A DNA stretch of 63,722 nt, counting the filler, from Hyphochytrium catenoides (lineage: Eukaryota; Protista; Hyphochytriomycota), in NCBI GenBank assembly GCA_900088475.1. It is 7 parts of 7 records of this genome, joined end to end, with 100 filler letters (N's around TTAATTAATTAA, not from the genome) between each part and the next. Parts side by side here need not be neighbours in the genome. Positions count along the whole stretch, not along the records: positions 10,289 to 23,143 come from FLMG01003840.1; positions 23,244 to 34,990 come from FLMG01002786.1; 5 more parts are not named here. One strand, written 5' to 3'. Below the pieces are notes generated by a model. It had not been told where the DNA came from. It made no database searches and saw only the letters and a program-made list of their open reading frames with translations. Positions within the stretch are counted from its first letter, which is position 1; each line of letters begins with the position of its first letter. Below are positions 11,925 through 23,939 of this stretch, in pieces. The translations under genes were made by a program, and so were the position numbers.

Positions 11925-13431
11925 CAGGGTTTCGGCTTTATCTCGCATGCAATCTTGCAGGTGCAATTTCACATTGCAAGTTTGCAGTGCAAGATAAGTA
12001 TCTCGCATGCAAGAATTGGGGACGGGGGGGTAACTTGCAGCAGAAGGCGGGTGGTCATCTCACGTGATGTTCCTTGCTTACAAACTACAGGTACTACGTC
12101 GTACCCCCTCTCAACCAGTCCTTCAAGGCTCCTTGTTACCTGTACAGTACACATATATTTTTCCAACTTTCTTCTAAGAATTAAAAGAAGAAGAGAAGAA
12201 GAGGAGGAAGAAGATCAAGAAGAAGAGAGAAGATGAAGAAGGAAAAGAGAAAGAAATAAGAGGGAGAAGAAGAGTGAAGATGAAGAAAAAAAAGATAAAG
12301 AAATAAGAGGAAGAAGAAGAGTGAAGATATAGAAGGAAAAGAGAAAGAGAAAAGGCTATAAAGCCTTGGGCTCTTCCTCATCAGCTCGATCTGCTCCATG
12401 CTCATCATCAGTAAAGAAAGAGTCGTAGTTGATCTCTTCAGTAACGATAAGCGGAGAAGAAGGAGGAGCGAGGGGGAGGTGAACCACCAGCAGCCATGTC
12501 GTCACCACCGAGCTCAGCCGTCGCAAGACAAGCAAGAGAAGGGTCCAGCTCATCAACATGAATACGCTTCAGAATCTAAAGCGTATTTTCTTCATGGATC
12601 GCTAAAGAGATTCTGGTATGGAGGCGTAAAGCAATGGCTTTATAATATATGTCTGTGTGGGAGGAGGAGGCTGACCAACATCATCATGGACACATAAACC
12701 AGAAGAGATTCGTCGAAGGAAGCCTTCTTGTTTTAACTATATATACGTTCTCCTCCTCCACGCTGGAGGGCCTACTACTACTCTTCTTTCTTGCTGTTGC
12801 CATGACTATTCGTGATAATAGTAGTGGCTGTTTAAACCTCCGCTTCTGTGGCTTCTTTACCACCGTCATCATATCATCATCTATTTTCGCTACTGCTGTT
12901 GTCAGAGCTACTAGAGTAGGCAGAGCAGAAGGATTCAACGACACTGCTGAATTCTTGGTCATTATTGCACTATTATCACTTGTAGGTATAGGACTAGTAG
13001 GAAGACCAAAAAGATATGCTTCTCGTCAACAAGAAAAATTAGGAAGAAATAATGTGGCTTCTTGATCTTATCAAAGGACCACCTGCTTCTTGGCTCTTCC
13101 CTGGTGCCTCAGAACTAAGAAGCCGCAGTGGTATGTTGGGAGGAGGAAGAAGAAGGGTGACGACTCACTACTACTCCTGCTGCTGCCGGCCGCGGAAGAA
13201 GCTCCGCTCCTACTACTCGTACTTGTAGCAAAGCACCATCAACACAAGAAGGCTAGTTCAAGGTTGACCAACCGCCAAGAGGTGTGACAAAGATACTAGC
13301 CTCAATGAGGATTCCTGCCATAACTCTTGTTAGGCGGCAATTTATCTTGCATGCAATCTTGCATGCAACTTGCATGCAAATTTGCAATCTCGCGCGAGAT
13401 ATTTTATCTTGCATGCAAGATAGAAACCCTG
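11925..13431. mobile_element. Non-autonomous hAT-superfamily DNA transposon (1507 bp)
   Basis: TIR CAGGGTTTC (11925-11933) / GAAACCCTG (13423-13431); perfect 8-bp TSD TGGGAAAG (11917-11924, 13432-13439); subterminal clusters of TTGCATGCAA-like motifs at both ends; no transposase ORF. Confidence 0.92.
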
Positions 13432-14140
13432 TGGGAAAGATAAAGTCTTTGATGACTGAATCTTATCTGTGACTGATGACGACCCATGCAAGACTTATAA
13501 GACATTGGCAGACGACGATCTTCATCCCTCTAACGACGATAATTTGAATGAATGCACTCTTGAGACTGTATGCACTGTCTGATTCCAACCATAGGATCCA
13601 ACGATGAGAGACGGCGGTGAAGAAAACATAGATCTGAAGAGCACCAGTTTAACGAACACTGACCTGTACTCTGTAGAGGAAACTAGAGCTTAAGATGACA
13701 TAGAACTGAAGAGCATAGTAGATCGTGGAGAGGCAGACAGATACAGGAGAAAACCTTTAGTGCTGATGAGACCGTGATTAGGAGGAGCTGTGGTTCTGCA
13801 AAAGGCTTACAGATAGACTGTCTGCGGAGGATCTCCAACCAGTGGTGAAGACGGACAGAAGATGAGACGTAAGCCTATTTTTGGAGCTTTCCTGAGCCCA
13901 TATGCACCGAAAGCTTGTGGCCAGAAAGTAGGACATGAGATAGATACTGCTAACTTATCAAGAGTCAATAGACTAGACTAGGGAGACAGAATAACTTGCT
14001 GTCGAGGGTTCTTCTATACATGAGACGGGGCTATGTCGTGTTCTCCCCTGGAGCAAGAGTAATAGAGAGGCCTGTGTGTCCGAGTTTGTCCTCTCAAAAG
14101 GCTCCTTATCTTCGCTGGACGATGCTCAATCTCCTCTCTA

Positions 14141-16418
14141 CTATTGAGATTCTGGCCCTACGACTAGGGAATGTAGGCCAAAAAGTAAGAAGAGAACTCC
14201 GCCTGCAATAGCAACTTGTTTCTCCGAGATTCTGGCGGCTAGCAGTCTACCTCCTACGACGGCCAAACCCGTGCACATCGCATGCCCGATGATGGCGCCC
14301 AGCGTCACTAGAAAAAAAGTGGAAGATTTGACAAGGCGGATGAGCACCAATTGAGAAGAAGAGCAAGATAGGGTCACCAAACCGAAGTATAAGGTGTTAC
14401 ATTGGAAAAAGCTTTGGGGTTGGGAATGGAAGGCACAAGGACGAGAGACGAACCTCCTACAGCGTCCCGAATAGCGGAGAGAGCGATGGTGGCTACTTGT
14501 GAACGATCTCCCCACTCCGCAAGAAATGTTAGCGAAAATGCCTGAGTGAAGACCTAAAGCAGCGACGCCGTCAACCCGTAGACAGCAAAGCTAGAGATCG
14601 AGATGGTTGTCGAACAAAACTAGCGTGACCAAAGAAAGACTCACTTGAAGGATGAGGCAAACGACTAACACATGTCAGAGTCTTTGGTGCCAGGATGAAG
14701 CTGAGGACTCACCTGGATCTGCTTCTGAGTTTTAAGTGATCCCAGCACCGGCCCTCCGCCATCTTCCATGGTTGCTAGTTGCTCCTCCCCTTTTTTGGCG
14801 TTTAGCTCCTCTTCGACTTCAGCCAGCTCCTCTGAGGGTTTACTAGTAGAAGAGAAAAGAAGACACGTCAATGTGAGCTGTAAACCCCACTGTAATGCTA
14901 GTTGAAGAGGCAGAGATAAAGAAAGAGAGACACATATGGCCATAAGAGAGACAAAGAAAAGGCAGAGAGGTAAAATAATGAATGAAGAAGAGAGAGCTAG
15001 AAAGGGAATATGACAGGCGCTCAAGGTCAAGGGTGTCGCTGGTCTTACTTCCCCTCCATTCCTTGAGCATCTTTCAGCATCCGGGCCCCAAAATAGAGAA
15101 ACTGGATGGGCACGCTCAATAAGCTTAATTAACTCTCTTCGATGGATTGAGACATGAGGAAGACAAAAGGAGATACAGAGAGAAGCAGACCTGAAAAGGA
15201 AAAGCAAGACAATATTCTCGACGAATGAAGATGCGGCTGAGGCAAGAAGGAGAAGCGGCAAAAGCCGTAAGAAGTCCATGAAGAGTACCATTGCCGCTCC
15301 TGCATAGTGCGTGTAAGTTCTGGGTAAGAGTGAGAGAATGGAACCCATTACTACGGAGAGAACTGTCATCACGACGAGGGCACCGATAGCGCCAGCAAAG
15401 ACCAACAGTCTACGAATGCGAGGAGTTGGCAAAAGAGATAAATAGAGTGTGTGTCAGAAAGTGAGAGATAATAAAGGAGGGAACAAGGGACAAAGAGAGA
15501 GAGACAGAGAGAGAGAGGGAGGAAGGGAGAAAAGTTAGTCTTAGGGGGAAAAGAGAGGGAGAGGAGAGGAAGCCAGCCCTAGGCGAAGGTGGAACCATAT
15601 ACATGGTAACGTTGATTGAGGGGACATGAGAATGTACCTCTGAAAGCGTGAATGCGGAGACAAGGGCCCCGCTTAGGGGGCACGTGGGAAGCAATGCAGT
15701 TCAAGAGAGGAGAGAGCAGAGGCGCTTGACATAAAGTGAGAAGCGGTGATACGGGCAAAGTATATTGTCTAATAAACAACAATAGCGGAGAGAACTCGGA
15801 CGAGAGTGATACCTCGGGTTCCTCATCGCCATGATGGCTGCAATAAAGAAAGTCTTATCTCCTATTTCTGTGGCCCAGATCGTGATCAGACTGTTGACGA
15901 AGGCAGTCCAGAAGGCTGTCGTCTTGGCCATCACTGATGATGCCGGGCCGTGGCTCTCTTTTTGGCTAGGAGCTCCGACTCCAACTCCTACCCCTGCTAC
16001 TTCTCCCGATATATCAAAGTCTAGAGACAAAAAAGACACAGGAATCAGAGAGAAGGTGAAGGAAGTCTAGTGAGAGACGATGCGCTGGCTGAGATGGGCA
16101 GGACTAGAAGGACGGGAGATGGGCAGGACTAGAAGGACGATAGAATGCAAAGCGAAGAAGGGAGCCAAGGGGAGGCAAAGTCTAGACATGGTCGCCTCTC
16201 CCGTACTTACCGCCAAGGAAAGGGACGATTGCGTCCCTGATTGCCTTCGTCCACTGCTGAAACTCGCTGTGATCGATGTGCCCGTCATGGTTCTTATCTG
16301 CAAGGTCGAAGGGGTCCGCCGCGCTCACCACCGTGAGAAGTACTGCCAGGAGCCCCGCGGCCCCGAGAAGGGAAAGCCCGCTCGTCAAGGATGCAGGAAC
16401 CGGAAACAAGGGCCACAT
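14141..16418 (-). CDS. TMEM165: GDT1/TMEM165 (UPF0016) Ca2+/Mn2+ transporter with N-terminal EF-hand, 7 exons
   Basis: Both family motifs present: EIGDKT and EWGDRS. Exons 16418-16211, 16020-15813, 15409-15289, 15101-15049, 14842-14713, 14553-14454, 14307-14141 join in frame through GT-AG introns. Confidence 0.93.
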
Positions 16419-17788
16419 TCTAAGAGAAATGTAGTGGGAAGGGAAGAGGTCAACGCGCCTCTTCTCTCCTTTGCCCGTCCTCTGTGATGGCTCTTCCTCG
16501 TCAGACCTCTTTCTATCTTCCTAGAACTCAAGGCGTCAGTGTAAGGATGATCAGCGTCCTCGTGGCACCTGCAGCACTTTCCTCTTCTCCCTCAGCGCAG
16601 CTAATTAAGGTCTGAAGACATTGGACCTCGGCCCACGAAGCTGCCTGATGAAGACGCTGCTGCACGCTGCGGTTGAGTGTGCACAATGGTCTCAATATGA
16701 TGGCTCTCAATCCTTCCGTTCTCTCCCCCTCGCCCTTTGGATCTCTCTCTCTCTCCTCCAGTTCCCTCTCTCTCTCTCTTCCTCTCCTTTTCTCTCTGTC
16801 CTGCTCGCCGTCTCGCTCCCTCTGCCTCTGTCTTTTTATCTTTCTCTGTCTCTCTCTCTCTCTCTATGTCTGTCTGCTCTGTCTGTTCGTTGGTGTCTCT
16901 CTGTCTGTCTGTCGAAATCTCTCTGTCTCTCTGTCTCTCACTTTGTGTGTTCTCACTCTATCGTCTCTCCCTCTCTCTCTCACTCTGTCTCTCTCTCCTT
17001 CGAGCGCTTTTTATTGCAACATCTAACGCCATCCTTCAGCTTTCTCTTGTCGTGACTCTCTTTCGCTCTGACACTCTTTAAAACGCCTACTTTAATATAA
17101 GTCTTAGGGGTCATCTCGTGTATCTCAGCTCCAGTCTGTCTCACCTGCGCATACGGCCAAATTAATTTTCGGGACTGGCACCTAACCTAGAAGAAAAAAA
17201 AGACTCCCGAAAATAACGGAATCGCTGATAACTGAGCTCTTAGTTACTCCATTGATTAGTGGTAGCTGAGCTCTTCCGAATGCTTGATCATGAGTGCGCC
17301 AATCACCTCAATCACTTCACTCTCTCCATCCTCTCTCTCTCTCTCTCTCTCTNNNNNNNNNNNNNNNNNNNNNNNNNNNNNNNNNNNNNNNNNNNNTTCC
17401 CTCAACCTCTCTCCCCATTCTCTCGCTCTCGAGTTCTACTCCGTATTGTGTCTCTTCTCTCTCGCTCCCATGCTCGCTCTTACTTGGTCGTGCGGTGGCT
17501 GCCTCTTCCTCTTCGCGTCTGGGTGATCATCAATCACACTCTCTCCCTCGCTCACTGTGTCCTCTCTCTCTTCTCCTTGCTCTCTCTTTCTCCTCCTATC
17601 CCTGTGTCGGGTAAGCCCGCTCCATAATCACCTTCCGACTTCCCATCAGCTGCCATAGCGCTTCTGGCTTATTGGAGGCTCTATCGAGTAGAGCTGAGGA
17701 CCGACTCTCCCTTGCGTTCAGACGCTGCCTGTTGAATCCTCAAAGACTGATGGCAGTCTCCAGTGCGTGACCCAAAAGAGACTGCAAG

Positions 17789-19728
17789 ATGAGCGAAGAG
17801 TACGTGTCCTGTTCCCCTTCTGTGTCTCTCACTTCCATCCCTCTGCCTGCTTCTCTTTATGTGTGGCTCCCGTGATCTTCTCCTCCTGTTGTCGTCATGG
17901 TCGCTCGTCCTCCCTCGTTGGCGTTGTGTGGCTCATCTCCTCTCCTCCCGGGCTGCCATCCCAGGCCGCAGCCCCAATCGAAAAAGCAGAAGATGGGAGA
18001 AGAGGCAGCTGAAGAATCGAGAGACAAGACTTCGGATGGGCCAGGACCAGAACAGACAGACACGGCTAATATTAACAGACAGCAGGAGAGAGTAGGACCT
18101 CACATGGCCCAGGAAGAAGATGTGGATAGCAAAGAACTAAGTGAAGGATTGCTTAACCCTTCCACAGGGAGACTACGAAGCATGGTAAGTGTCTGCATGC
18201 TGCAGAGCTGACTCTTTCCCTATGTGCGCTCATCCGTTGCCCTTCTCTGGTTTCGTCTTTCTTCGCCCTTCTTACTCGCTCTCTCTTCGCCGTTAGTCTC
18301 TTGTCTCTCCTTCACAAATTCTTCATGTCCACGCTCCGTTATCTAATGAGCAGAACGCCCTAGTCCATTTACAGGCTCCCTCTGTAGCTACTCTCTGTCT
18401 CTTTGGGCTGCCGCTTACCTTTCTGGTTGACTTACATGCTCTGGGTCCGCTCCGTTTAAAGGGAAGGTATCTCGTCCTTGTTCTTATTCTGGCTGCGCCT
18501 GTCTTTTCTCTCTCTCTCTCTGTCTCTCTCACACTCTCTGTCTCTCTCACTCTCTCTTCTGTCACTTGGAAAAGGTTGAGCGATACTTTACCCGCTTCTT
18601 CGTGGTGGACACTCGCGAAGGTGGACGCGAGGACCAATTCGTCTTCTTCCACTCAAATCGACTTTGCATGGTGAGGGCGGGTGCTGTCTATCTCTTTTAT
18701 CCTATAATACTTCTCTTCGTCTCTGTATCACACTCTGCCTTTCCTCTTCCCGTCACCACTTTGCCTTACTAACCGCTTCACCTCGGTGGTTCTTTCCTGT
18801 TATCTTGGCGGTCTTCAATTCTTTCCTCCGCCTCCGCTGGTCTAGATTGGACTCTCTCCCTTCCACCCTTTGGTGTCTGAAAGCCCCAAGATAGAGAGTA
18901 TAGACTTTGACCTCACTCGTCGAGGAGGAGATCTGAGAGAGAGGAAAGTCAGTGGAAAGAAGAAGAAAGGAAGCGCCTGGATGCAGCCAGAGACCAAGAT
19001 CTGCAAGGTCAGCTGCGAAGGAGGAAGAGACTTTATCATCAGAAGGTACGAAAGAGCAAGAAGGAGACGCGGCACAGCCCAAGCTCTGCCTCAGAATTTC
19101 TTGTTATCTCAACATCTCTGACCTTCCAACGCTACCACCAGTTCCGTTCTTTGGCTGCCTGATCAAGGGACATATACAGAGAGAGATTTAAAAGATTTAA
19201 AAGCTTCTTTCCTCTTGTGTCCCTCTAAAACTGAACGGAGTCCACCCTCTCTTCTTCATCTTGCAGTGGAGTGAGGGGCTTCCTGTTAGAAGTCAATGAA
19301 AAGCTCACTGAGACTGCCACTCTGCTGCAGACCAAGGTACGATAACCAGGATAACACTTAGTGCCCAATCAAGAGAAGGAATAGTTGATGAGTTGGAGAG
19401 GCATAGCGGTGATAGAGGAAGTACTGGTGCTCCCGATATCACGAAGGGAGCTAATGATGTCAGAATTGGAGGGCGGTATCATATCAGAGTCTGACGAAGG
19501 AAGCAGCGCAGCGCAGCGCTAGTAAACCCTTTCCGGCAGAGACAATTGATATGCCTGCTAACGCTCATATGCTTGCCTCTCTCCCGTTTCTCTGTTTAGC
19601 CTGTATCTCGTGGCTTTGTTGCCATCCTACGCCCTCGACTGGAGGAGGTGAAAGAACTGATGAGCACGTTGGTCACCTACGAGGAGTATAAAGCGCTAAG
19701 AGGACTTGAGGATGAAGCTTTCCAGTGA
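17789..19728 (+). CDS. ABITRAM: Abitram / FAM206A (Simiate)-like protein, about 6 exons
   Basis: Motifs VERYFTRFF, HSNRLCMIGLSPFHP, KVSGKKKKG, GVRGFLLEVNEKL, GFVAILRP, YEEYKALR across in-frame GT-AG introns; the start exon is inferred. Confidence 0.85.
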
Positions 19729-20031
19729 TACGGGAGCAGAAAAGAGCTTGAAAACACGAGCCATTGTTGGAGAATAGACCGAAGTAAGGGTAGATCGGAC
19801 GTTCTGAGGATGGATTTTAGCGGCTAGCATTGAAGAGAGCTGCCAGAGGAGCGCGCTTAGCTTCCTCCTCCGCAAGCCCCTTTTGAAAGTATTTATTATG
19901 CAAGGATAAGCAATAGATTGTCAACGCAGCGAGAGAATGGAAGAGTTTCTGTTTTTTCGATTTTTTGGCCTCTGGCTTCCGCAGTCACCAGAGACAGAGA
20001 TGGCAGTTGACAGTTGTTAGCGAAAAGGAAG

Positions 20032-22757
20032 TTACATATACAAGGACCGTAAGATCTTGGTCACGAACACAGGTGCCTGTGTCCTATCGAAAGTGATCTC
20101 ATCCTAAACATGAAAAGCGATTCAAAGTTTAGCTCAAAAGGAGAAAGCGGAGAGAAAGAAGGTTCCGATGGAAAGTATAGCAATCCTTTCATTAAAGGTC
20201 AGGCGGAAGCATAGGAGGCGGCTCAAGAGTTTTGACACACACCAGAAGAGAGAGAGGGAGAGAAAGAAAAGAGAGATAGCCCACGATAGGAAGGTCCTGC
20301 CTCACCTGCAAAAAGTCGGGCAGCAGATGAGCATTGCCAACTGGAGCATACTCCACCTCCTCAGAAGCCTTCTGAGGGACTGGCATCAAAAGAAGGCAGA
20401 ACAGACGTCAGAGGCTCTGAAGGCCAGCCCGCTAGATTGTCTAATATTCGTCCCTCCTAACAGCATGCTGGCCCTCTAAACTGCTGATCTTGGCTTTCCT
20501 TTTCTACATCATCTTTATGTTTCAGTCTTAAACGTACCAAAGAGCTCAAACTTGACAGCTTTCTTCTTCTTGGAGTTGGCCGCCACGACTTCGAGTCTGT
20601 CTCCCGCAGGCGGCTCTTCATCATACTCTTCCTCCTCATCCTCTTCTTTGATCAGCTTCAGTTGTAGGGCGGTCAGCTGCTGATACATGGAGATAATCTG
20701 ACATGCACCAAAGGGTCAGAGAGATTACGGACATTAGCGGCCAAACATGCGTCAAAACAGTGTAGGAACTATAGAGAAGACGGATCTTCTTACCTTTGTC
20801 TGCGTGGCTACTAGCTGCTTCTGCTCGTTAAGCTCTGAGACTGGAGGAAAGGAAGTGGAAGGGCATTATTTTAGCGCATAAGGCTGTGGCACAAGAGAGA
20901 ACTCGGAGGAATGGAGAGAGCAAAAGGATAACGCACCAATGCTAATGGTATTTGCTGCCTCTTTCACCGAAGAGATAGGTGCAGCCTTCTGGCTGGGCTC
21001 GAGGGAGGACGGCTTCGCTTTCATCTCGCGTTGAAGCTTCTTTTGCTGGTGCAAATATTGATTATCGTCAAATGATAGAGTAACTGGAATGATAGGGCAA
21101 AGAGATGGATCTTCTGGAGAGGGGAAACCTCTAAAAAAAGAGATGGACAAATAGGAAAAAGGAACTCCACGGCAACGATAGAAGAGAAAAACCGACAACG
21201 AGAAGACTGGCGATATATCACCGATACAAATCCAAACAGAGGGAGAGAGAGAGCGAGAGAGGGGGAAAGAGAGAGAGAGAGAGAGCAAGGCGGCGAAAGA
21301 GATGGAGTGAAAGAGAAAGCGGTGTTGGACTAACCTGTGCTTCCTGCTCCTTCATAGTTGTCTCCAAGTGTTTGATCTTCTGTCTGTACGCTTCCACTTG
21401 CTTCTTCGTGTCAGCGATGACTTTCTCGAGCATTGCTTCCGGTTTCGTCTCTCGCAGCTGAAGAGCAACAATAAAAGCTCATTTTTAGACTACCTCCGCA
21501 ATGATGATGAGGGAGAGAGAGGAGAGGACACACGGATATAGGTGATTTGTCCTTTCTTACCTCCTGCAGAGTCTCAAACTTCGACTTCCACTTGGCACAT
21601 TCACGCTGTAGAGCAGAGAGAGAGCCTGATATTTGCTTTTCTTCTTTCTGTGCCTCCCGGCTGTCTTCTCTCTTTGGCGCTTTGGTCTTTCGTGTGTCTG
21701 CAGCTTCCAGGTCAGTCTTTCTCTTGGTCGGTTTCTCAATATCTTCTTCCTCTGGTGCAAGCTTTCTCTTCTTCTTTCCCATGTCTTGCCCCAGCTTCTC
21801 TTCCTTGGGCCTGTTAGCAGACTCTGCCCGAGGCTTTTGATTTTCCTTTGCCGCGCCATTGTCGTTTCCTGCCTTCCCTTTCTCTCTCGTGTCTCCTCTG
21901 AGTCTTCTCCCTTCCACCGGTGCTCGATCTGCCTTTTGTTCCTTCTTTGTCTCTCTTCCTTCTTTCTCTCTGGGCTTCTTTGGCGGCTCTGGAGCTCTCT
22001 TTGGTTTCTCGTCAGGCTTTCGTTCTTGCTTCGCCTCCTTGATTCCTTTCTTCTCCGCGGCCTTCGAAGCTTCTTTCTCTTTCTTCGTCTTGTTTTCTCT
22101 CTCTTGATCCCTTCCTTTAGCGCTGCTTTCGAGGGCGCCTCCCTGTGTGTTCAGGTCAAGCCCGGGAGTGAATCCGTGGAGAACGAGGGACGGGCAGAGA
22201 GAGAGAGAGAAAGGAGAAAGAGAGAGAGAAAACGCCGCTATGAGTGAGGAGGAGTACCGAAGTGGTAGAGGAAGATAGATAAAATAGGAGACAGAGAGAG
22301 AGCTATGCTGGTTCCTTTGACTGCGTGTAATCGATAGGAAAAGGAGAAGGGGAGAGAGAGAGAGAAGAGAGAGTGAGAGTAAAAGGAGAAACAAGAGAGC
22401 GAGAGATGAAGAAAGGCAGAGAGAGAGAGAGAGAGAAAGTAAGGGAGAGCAAGAAGAGAGCCCCGTCCAGAGAGGACACTTGCGGCTGGCATTTACCTTC
22501 GTCTTTAGCTTCAACTTCTGGTGATTCTTGTCCGAGGGAAGATGTTCTTGCTTCTCTTTGCTGTTCTCTTTTTCAGGCTCCTCTCTCTTCTCTTTCTTCC
22601 TCTGTCCTTCTTCAGACTTTCTCTCTTTCTTTTTCTTCTTCTTCTTCTTGTCATCCATCACCTCGACTCCCAGCATCTTCTTGAGCTCTTTGTCGGTATC
22701 ATAGTCTGACTCCTCATAACTGACCGCAGTGCGATTCCTCAGTCTCTGCGACACCAT
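20032..22757 (-). CDS. Monopolin subunit Csm1/Pcs1 (plant TITAN9)-like protein with long charged N-terminus, multi-exon
   Basis: Coiled coil (KWKSKFETLQE-LRETKPEAML), then YQQLTALQL, and C-terminal VEYAP...LLPDFLQ-DEITFDRTQAPVFVTKIL, resembling the Csm1 C-terminal domain; internal exon boundaries only partly traced. Confidence 0.6.
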
Positions 22758-23098
22758 CGTGGCTCTCTCTCCCTCTGCTTCTGAGCTCTCTTCTTTTTCT
22801 CTTCTATAATCAAGCTGCTCCTTCCTCTCTTTCTCTCTTTTCCACTGTGTCTCTCTCCGTCTCTCTTCTCCGCTGTGAATATCTCGTTGCGTGAAACGCT
22901 TTCTTGAGGCAATCTCAGTATGTGCCCAGATTTCTGCAGTCAAGAAAGTACGAGTGTCCGGAGGACGAGAGAGAAGCAACTCCAGAACTCGGCCTCTATA
23001 ATTCTCTTCCTTTCGTGGGTCCTAGGTGTCCTTGGTCTTGGCTCCTGCGGTCGCTTTGCAGAAGAGGAGAGAGTCAAAAAGGAATGGGAGAGAGAGAA

Positions 23099-23143
<45 letters not shown>

Positions 23144-23939
23144 NNNNNNNNNNNNNNNNNNNNNNNNNNNNNNNNNNNNNNNNNNNNTTAATTAATTAAN
23201 NNNNNNNNNNNNNNNNNNNNNNNNNNNNNNNNNNNNNNNNNNNGCAACTAAAGTACGGTGTACTTGTACCTGTACAAATAATCCTGCCGGTCAAGGCTGG
23301 ATTACCCCTATCTAAAAGGGCGAGCCCTCAGGCTTGCCTGCTGTATTGATAATTCTTGTTGGTAGTGCGCATAGCACGTCTTCAATGTTGTTCTGCGATA
23401 AGAATCTCATCTATGGCACTTGCACATAGTTCCCCCGTTCCATGCACTTGAATGGCTTGAGCAATACCTTCATATGAGGGTGGAGGAAGGGCCATAAGTA
23501 CTGCGGCTTTGTAGAGATTGTCGTAGAAATCTTTCTTCTCCATCATTTCTCGTAGTAAATCAAGCTTTCTTCTCTGCTCGCAAAGGAAGAGGCTTATGTC
23601 TTGTTCTTCATCTGCCTTTGCCGATAAGAAGGAGGTAAGAGTAGTCACAATGTTGTTTGCGCTTCTGCTCTCAAAAGATTCTTCCACTTTGAGCCAAGCT
23701 TCTCTCGCGGTTCCTCTACGCGGTAGAAGTGGAATAATGTTGTCAGCCACTGCCAAAACAATCTTGTTGAACGCCCTTTTGTCATTCTTTAGCCAAGAAG
23801 ACTGCATCGTAGCCCTAGACGTAGACATGGACTTGTTCTTTGAGGAGATATCAGGGGATCGTTGGCTCCCGTCAACATGATGAAGGAGGTTCAATTCACC
23901 AGATAAGCCTCCATCTTCAATCGCCAAACAGGGTAATCC

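Noticed and set aside
13338-13420. TTGCATGCAA repeats as a CRISPR-like or satellite array
   Set aside because: No spacers; these are subterminal repeats of the hAT element
6280-13431. Transposase-like gene and hAT element as one linked system
   Set aside because: They are separated by an artificial linker, so the proximity is uninformative, and the protein appears inactive
17260-17271. TGGTAGCTGAGC identical to the family D PBS
   Set aside because: No LTR similarity or CA end upstream; probably chance
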